From NCBI GenBank assembly GCA_965222605.1, contig OZ244960.1, forward strand, positions 1,216,001 to 1,280,000: a stretch of 64,000 nt of DNA, read 5' to 3'. A model generated the notes under the pieces. That model did no database searches, had not been told where the DNA came from, and was given only the letters and a program-made list of their open reading frames with translations. The stretch comes from Candidatus Latescibacterota bacterium. Lineage in GTDB: Bacteria > Latescibacterota > UBA2968. The translations under genes and the position numbers were made by a program. Positions 58,991 to 64,000 of the stretch are shown here, piece after piece. Each line of letters starts with the position of its first letter. Position 1 is the first letter of the stretch.

Positions 58991-61704
58991 GGCACCTCGG
59001 TCACATCGGTCAAGGTGATCGTCACATCTATGCTTGCACGCCCACCTTGACCATCCGCCACACGCACCACCACTGAATAGCTATCTTTCACCTCATAGTT
59101 ATACGTCACACCGTCCGTCGTCTGAAGCTGCCCACTCGTTGAAACAATGGCAAAACTCGCTGCATCAGCCCCTTCCAGGCTATAGGTCAATGTCCCACCG
59201 TCACTGTCTGTCGCAACTACCGCGTCCCCTATATTCTCCCCCGCCACCGTGTTCTCAGCAAAACTGCGCGCTAGATCGACCTCGCTGAATATCGGAACCT
59301 GATTGGCCGATTTCACCTCTATGGAGAATATGAGTTCGGCACTGTTCCCGGCGCCATCCCTCGCTTGCCATTTATATTCCCTTGCCTCTGTTGCAACCCT
59401 CGGCGTGCCGCTAATCGTACGGGTTCCTACATCTATGATCAGACCATCAGGCAATGCCGGCGTGAGGGTATAGCCAATCGCAACATAGCCACCCGTCGCT
59501 TCGGGCAGTTGGAGATCGGTAATCTGTGTCCCTACTGTGTAAGTCTGATCCGGTAATGTCGCACCATCAAAACTCAGTTTCACATCCGCCTTGTTCACCG
59601 TCACTGCAATAGTCTGCTCGGCAGTCTGATTCGAGCCTGCTACATCTCGCGCAATCACTGTAATCGTCGCCGTGCCCTCAGCCACAGGTGTGATCGTCAC
59701 TACAGAACCCGACACATCCACCTTTGCAATGGCGTCATCACTCGACGCTGCCACGTATGTCAAATCATCGCCATCAGGATCAGAAAACCTGGCCGATACA
59801 TCTATTTTCAAGGCTTCGTCACCCATCTTCAGCGTCTGTGCCGCAAACCTTCCCACCGCCACAGGTGCGCGGTTGACACGCACGCCGCCAACCCCAAAGA
59901 GAGAGAACATATCGGTATAACCGCAGACCTCATCACCAGCCACACGCTGCCGCTCAAGCATTTCCCAGGCACTCTCGTAATGGACAATGACAGGATCAGA
60001 AATATTCTCAGGCACAGTCAGACAAATCTCCACAGATGCTTGCAACGCATCGCCGATATCAACATCCTGGTTATCGACCTGAGCCTTCAGGTCTATATCA
60101 AAAAGGGATGAACTGGCAGGAATGGCAAAACCCGCCTGAGCAGATACATCCGGGGCATCGGAAACCGCTATCTTGCCGACTTCTGCGAAGACGCCCTCGA
60201 TCTCCTCATGCGGGATACTAACAGGAAGAGCGGCGCGAGTGACAATGATTCTGCCCCCTTCACCTGTAAAAGGAGACAGGTCAATAACCGCATATGCTCT
60301 ATCGCCCTCACCCTGAAATTGTGCAAGCTTCGGTTCCTCTTTAGGTGGCTCATAGACCGGCGTACCCGAAACAGGCTCAGACCAATCGCTTGCGCCATCA
60401 CTGTTCCATGTGCGAACACGAACCTGATACAATTGACCATTGATCAAGTAGGGATCGTGATAACGAGGAACTTTTAACTCATGATAATAAACAGAGGTAT
60501 TGGTACGACCATAGATAGTCTTTCGATCCCCCCAGATGCCGTCTTCACCCTTGCGAATCTCGGCATGATACCCCCTTACTGGCGGTCTCCCACGCTCATC
60601 AGGCACCGTAGCGTAGTGGACGGTGAGGGACTCGTTGGCCGGAATAACCAGAAAATTCGACGGCGGTGAAGAGGGCGGTTCTTTCAAATCGTTAATTTTG
60701 ATGATCACCAAAAGGCGCGCTGTCCCCCCCTGACCATCGCTCACCTCAACAATCACGGAGTAGGTCGTCCGATATTCATAGTCATACGTGATGTCTTCCC
60801 GCGTCTGAAGCTGACCCGTGCGTGTGTCAATGGCAAAAAGATCGACATCCGTACCGCTGAGGTGGTAGGTCACAATATCGCCGTCAGCATCGGTCGCAGA
60901 GATAGGACTACCTATCAGTTCACTCCCCGGCGTGTTCTCATCTATAAAGTGTGTCACATAAGTCTCTGACGTGAAGACCGGTGCGTGATTTATCCATTTG
61001 CCATAGCTCTTGATAAAAATCAAGAAATCGTCTAACCCAATCTCACCATTCCCATTCAGGTCGTATTTTGCCTCATACTGCTCTTGACCTTCTTGATAGC
61101 CATACAACCCGATCAACAAAGAAAAGTCTTGAAAATCCACAAACCCACTCCCATCAAAATCCGGGGAAGGTGCTACAGCGACCTGTAGCACGACACGTAT
61201 GTTCAACATCACACTTTCAACTTGCCCACTGCGGCTAAGTTCGGCACGCACCAATAGAATCTCGGTCTGTGAAAAGGCATCTGTCGTGCGAAAGCGAATC
61301 GTGCCAACAAGACCGCTGTTGACCGTTGCAGACCCACTCAAAGAAGCTATGTTGATCTGCACAGAGCTTGGATTTGTACCCTCTGATACCCTCATATCAG
61401 GATTGGGCAATACATCACCTGCATCAAAATCCGTGTAAACAACCTGAGTGACATCGTATTCAAAACGTGCGGAAAGACCGCTCGCATTTTGAATATCTGT
61501 GCCAAAAATCTGAATGGAAACATCTTGATTGGGGGATACATCGAGAGAGTGGATACCCTGATCACCTTCAGAACCATCCAAACTTAGAGAAAGGGAAAAA
61601 CTGCTCGTCTGTGTGGATACAGACCACGGAGACATCAAGAGCATATAGCCCAGTAGGCTGGTAATACCAAGCGCGAAAGAGAGCGATTTAACCTGGAGTG
61701 TCAT
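57883..61704 (-). CDS. Giant surface protein, N-terminal part: signal peptide, cohesin-like, dockerin/EF-hand-like, cadherin, FN3 and Ig-like domains; frameshifted at 57900/57901
   Basis: Hydrophobic leader; PDFDGSGFVDFQDF..YDLNGNGEIGLDDF; ends mid-cadherin where 7 bp present in sister repeats are missing. Confidence 0.88.
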   Translation of the reverse strand: MTLQVKSLSFALGITSLLGYMLLMSPWSVSTQTSSFSLSLSLDGSEGDQGIHSLDVSPNQDVSIQIFGTDIQNASGLSARFEYDVTQVVYTDFDAGDVLPNPDMRVSEGTNPSSVQINIASLSGSATVNSGLVGTIRFRTTDAFSQTEILLVRAELSRSGQVESVMLNIRVVLQVAVAPSPDFDGSGFVDFQDFSLLIGLYGYQEGQEQYEAKYDLNGNGEIGLDDFLIFIKSYGKWINHAPVFTSETYVTHFIDENTPGSELIGSPISATDADGDIVTYHLSGTDVDLFAIDTRTGQLQTREDITYDYEYRTTYSVIVEVSDGQGGTARLLVIIKINDLKEPPSSPPSNFLVIPANESLTVHYATVPDERGRPPVRGYHAEIRKGEDGIWGDRKTIYGRTNTSVYYHELKVPRYHDPYLINGQLYQVRVRTWNSDGASDWSEPVSGTPVYEPPKEEPKLAQFQGEGDRAYAVIDLSPFTGEGGRIIVTRAALPVSIPHEEIEGVFAEVGKIAVSDAPDVSAQAGFAIPASSSLFDIDLKAQVDNQDVDIGDALQASVEICLTVPENISDPVIVHYESAWEMLERQRVAGDEVCGYTDMFSLFGVGGVRVNRAPVAVGRFAAQTLKMGDEALKIDVSARFSDPDGDDLTYVAASSDDAIAKVDVSGSVVTITPVAEGTATITVIARDVAGSNQTAEQTIAVTVNKADVKLSFDGATLPDQTYTVGTQITDLQLPEATGGYVAIGYTLTPALPDGLIIDVGTRTISGTPRVATEAREYKWQARDGAGNSAELIFSIEVKSANQVPIFSEVDLARSFAENTVAGENIGDAVVATDSDGGTLTYSLEGADAASFAIVSTSGQLQTTDGVTYNYEVKDSYSVVVRVADGQGGRASIDVTITLTDVTEVPGQPAVPTVSASTLNSLTISWTAPTNTGPAITAYDVQYRVGNSGDFTSWPHDGTGLSATITGLEQNTGYEIQVRAKNDEGTGVWSSSVMGTTQQNQAPVFTNVSAISVSENSTGDIGTVTATDGDSDDSIEGYGIVNDADGSQFEIGDQTGVLTFKVAPNYEAPADVEVTDPANAANNNEYIVVVEATSGVGDRELTATQTLTVTVTDETEVPGTPATPTIAEATVNSLKIDWTAPTNTGPNISAYDVRYILTSADENVDANWTEVEDAWTSGSLEYTIGSLSQNTSYDVQVRAENDEGTSGWSDTVVGVTQANVAPVISSTSTISVSENSTADVVTVTAADSDTDDNITGYEITGGADESQFETRPVR

Positions 61705-61947
61705 CTATCGATATCTTCAAAGAAGGGCTACTTGTAATGAGCACGATGTGGTTTACGTTGTGCATTTGGATCGAACGGGATTTGTCTGGGGTTGTTTGGC
61801 AGAACCTGTGAGACTTCGATAAGACAATCGTTTGTAGTCAATTATACAAACGACTGTCTTAGATCAAAATATATATATAGGAACGTCAGGTGTGTCTTTC
61901 TCAATAGTGTGACTCCTGATGAATGAGGCAAATAGTGCGCTACAAAT

Positions 61948-61984
61948 AAGAAAAACCGAGTGCCATCACCTATGACACCCGGTT
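61948..61984 (-). terminator. Intrinsic terminator of the candidate RNA
   Basis: Minus strand ACCGGGTGTCAT-AGGTG-ATGGCACTCGGT-TTTTCTT; the G-U pairs only work on this strand. Confidence 0.85.
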
Positions 61985-62148
61985 GATTCATTGTTTATGC
62001 CGGTCAAATGCCACAGGCTGTTAGACTCTCTCTATAGCTCAGATTGAGTTCGGTCCTTTCGGAAACCGAAACCATAGCATTTAACCGGCTGGAAATAGAT
62101 CAAATTATACCTGGTTCTTTCCAGCCGGAGCTATAAATAGAGTCTAAC
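61948..62148 (-). ncRNA. Candidate ~200-nt structured RNA or leader upstream of the giant gene
   Basis: Predicted TSS coincides with the first base of a ~19-bp closing helix; two internal hairpins; ends in an intrinsic terminator. Confidence 0.6.
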
Positions 62149-62154
62149 GATCTT

Positions 62155-62183
62155 ATATTACAAAATTTAAATAACGTTTGCAA
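62155..62183 (-). promoter_or_regulatory. Sigma70-like promoter
   Basis: TTGCAA (62183-62178), 17 bp, TAATAT (62160-62155). Confidence 0.6.
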
Positions 62184-62213
62184 GAGGAAAATTACCCATA
62201 AGACAAATTGCCC

Positions 62214-62246
62214 TAAAAAAATACCCGGCGAGAACCGGGTATTTTA
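62214..62246 (-). terminator. Intrinsic terminator after the DUF1961 gene
   Basis: AAAATACCCGG-TTCTCG-CCGGGTATTTTTTT on the minus strand. Confidence 0.88.
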
Positions 62247-62271
62247 GCACGTAAAAATAGTCTGTAAGTCT

Positions 62272-62958
62272 TTATACCTGAGCACTGACCTCACACACCT
62301 TCAAATTCGCATATTCGCCAATCAAAGGTGCCATCTGTCGAAAACCAATCTTGCCACCGCCCAGCAAAGGTCCATACGTCTGACCATCATCAACCCAGTG
62401 GAAAATCTTCAAATCGCGAATATAAAAAACAACCTCTGATCCGCATTTGATCAGCGTAATCGGGTATGGCGGTCTGGCATCGTCAACTGAAGGTAGAGGA
62501 TCGGCACCTTGACAGACCATGTGAAAACCATAACTCTTGCGCAAATTGCAAACCTGAAAAGCGCGTTCCTTGAGAGCCTTTCGCCGAAAATAAGACACGT
62601 GCAACGCATTGATATCGCTGCTGTGATACTGCTTGTATTCGCCAGCCCGCGGCGCCAATGACGAATCAAACACATCTTCACCCCCTCGCCCCAAAGCAGA
62701 AAAAAACAAAATGCACAACCCCGGCTCGCGCACCGGCCAAAAATCCCACGTCACGGCAATATCCGCTGGAAAATCTTCAGGACACCAGAAAACAAAATTT
62801 GCCGCCTGCCCTTCCCCGGGATCGCGGCGGTTCTCCATTCGCATGCGACCATTTGGAAAAGTGATTGCAGCATCTCCCTCCATCCGAAACCCTTCAATAT
62901 CTGACGCTGAAGACAGGGGATTGTCGTAAAGCAATTCGCCAAATTCAAAATTATCCAT
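62272..62958 (-). CDS. DUF1961 / YesU-like protein (frame open to 63123 with a Tat-like leader)
   Basis: LYDNPL...FRMEG, NFVFWCPEDFP, ALHVSYFRR, CNLRKSYGF, GGKIGFRQMAP. ATG 62958 after AGGAG. Confidence 0.8.
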   Translation of the reverse strand: MDNFEFGELLYDNPLSSASDIEGFRMEGDAAITFPNGRMRMENRRDPGEGQAANFVFWCPEDFPADIAVTWDFWPVREPGLCILFFSALGRGGEDVFDSSLAPRAGEYKQYHSSDINALHVSYFRRKALKERAFQVCNLRKSYGFHMVCQGADPLPSVDDARPPYPITLIKCGSEVVFYIRDLKIFHWVDDGQTYGPLLGGGKIGFRQMAPLIGEYANLKVCEVSAQV

Positions 62959-63126
62959 AACACCACTCCTGATGCGTTGACGTATTGGGTTCTTCGCCGC
63001 ATGAACAGCCTGCCTCAAAAACAGCGGCGCACTGCCAAAAGATACAGAAAACAATACCATATTGCTGCATTTTATAAACGCCCTGCGCGTCCATTCCATC
63101 ATTTTATCTCTCGTGTTATTCAAATA

Positions 63127-64000
63127 TCACTTTGGAAGTGGGGTCTTGCGAAGCGTTTCCCATTCTTTGTGCAGCGTATTTAGCCAGATAGGCAGCTTTC
63201 CAAGACGCAAAGCGAGTTGGGCCTCGAAAAGAGATTTCGGCTCAACTGGACTACCGTTGGATTCGAGAACCTCAAGCGTATTTTCATTGAAGGTGACGGG
63301 ATTGCCGTGAAATCCCACAACAATCGGATGCAAAAATCGAAGATACCCCTGCCAAAAATCGTAGCGCGTATCATCCCCCCCGTGATTGAAATTCCAAAAC
63401 ACAAGATGCCTGAGATGGTGTGGCTGAACGCCGGCACCGCTGCTGCCATATAGCCTGCCGTTATTCACGCGATCGTACAAATTGGCATAGCTCGGTTTGG
63501 TCTTATGGATATCGAGCGACTGTTTGGAACCCATATCAAAGCGATAAACCACATTGCCGGTCGTGCTATGGCTCATGCCCACGCCATGGAGTTGATTTGC
63601 CAGGTCTTCCGAAAGTCCAACCCATATCCCGTAACTGCCCTGACTCTTAATCGCATAATGCCCCTTATTGCCCGCCACCGTGACTTGATAAACGGACACG
63701 GCTGCACTGCTGAGTATGTCAAGAGCACAACTGATATTAATGAAAGAGATGCGCCGAACCCATGAATTAACGCATCGGTTAAATTCGATCAAACTATAGC
63801 CCCCATCGTGGATGGCATTTTTGTGATGGACAAATTCCTCCAGGAACGAGCCGTGAAAGCTAATGTCTTCAACACCGACTTCCTCGAGATGCGGATAGAC
63901 GCGCACACGCCATTTATGCGCGGGATTGACATGCGCGTGCAGGGGTTCATTGAGACGAATTCGGTTGCCCTGAATTTCGGCAATACGGTGTTCTTCATCT
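63127..64000 (-). CDS. DUF4955-like beta-helix protein, C-terminal part (runs off window end)
   Basis: Frame open to the window edge; LEEVGVEDISFHGS, HHKN, NSWVRR, YANLYDR, HLVFWNF, PKSLFEAQL; clear paralogue of the giant protein tip. Confidence 0.8.
   Translation of the reverse strand, partial: DEEHRIAEIQGNRIRLNEPLHAHVNPAHKWRVRVYPHLEEVGVEDISFHGSFLEEFVHHKNAIHDGGYSLIEFNRCVNSWVRRISFINISCALDILSSAAVSVYQVTVAGNKGHYAIKSQGSYGIWVGLSEDLANQLHGVGMSHSTTGNVVYRFDMGSKQSLDIHKTKPSYANLYDRVNNGRLYGSSGAGVQPHHLRHLVFWNFNHGGDDTRYDFWQGYLRFLHPIVVGFHGNPVTFNENTLEVLESNGSPVEPKSLFEAQLALRLGKLPIWLNTLHKEWETLRKTPLPK

Noticed and set aside
37170-61664. Many recurring short ORFs (MFVGA..., MNVSTPVAS...)
   Set aside because: Antisense or alternate-frame shadows of the giant gene repeats.
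61948-62148. Retron msr-msd, 6S RNA, SRP RNA, or purine/c-di-GMP riboswitch
   Set aside because: No reverse transcriptase nearby, and the diagnostic motifs or topology of those families are not present by eye; an Rfam scan is still needed.

Overview
A 64-kb window from a Gram-negative bacterium. The gene content suggests a host-associated, possibly marine-sponge symbiont lineage (inference): a giant FN3/cadherin/YWTD protein, a PhyH-HEAT fusion, Uma2, a sulfatase and heparinase-like enzymes. Left part: partial heparinase II/III-like gene, GH13 enzyme, tandemly duplicated glnK-amtB operon, then a partly decayed defence island (MmeI-like type IIL R-M, DUF262, an ATPase/nuclease deletion chimera, ABC ATPase + frameshifted PIN) with an arylsulfatase inside it. 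Middle: hexuronate/sugar genes including a close homologue of plant galacturonokinase coupled to a nucleotidyltransferase, a single-chain triple RidA-like protein, a TonB receptor operon, two copies of a MITE carrying REP-like palindromes, and a deleted IS. Right part: a ~24.8-kb gene (about 8,260 aa if a 7-bp deletion is restored) for a giant surface protein with ~25 FN3-cadherin units, two beta-propellers each inserted inside an FN3 domain, and a DUF4955-like beta-helix tip whose paralogue lies upstream. Two orphan, highly structured transcripts with their own promoter and terminator (~350 nt at 23.3-23.6 kb, ~200 nt at 61.9-62.15 kb) match no RNA family I recognise. No rRNA, tRNA or CRISPR array was seen. 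All family calls come from motif recognition and memory, not database searches.
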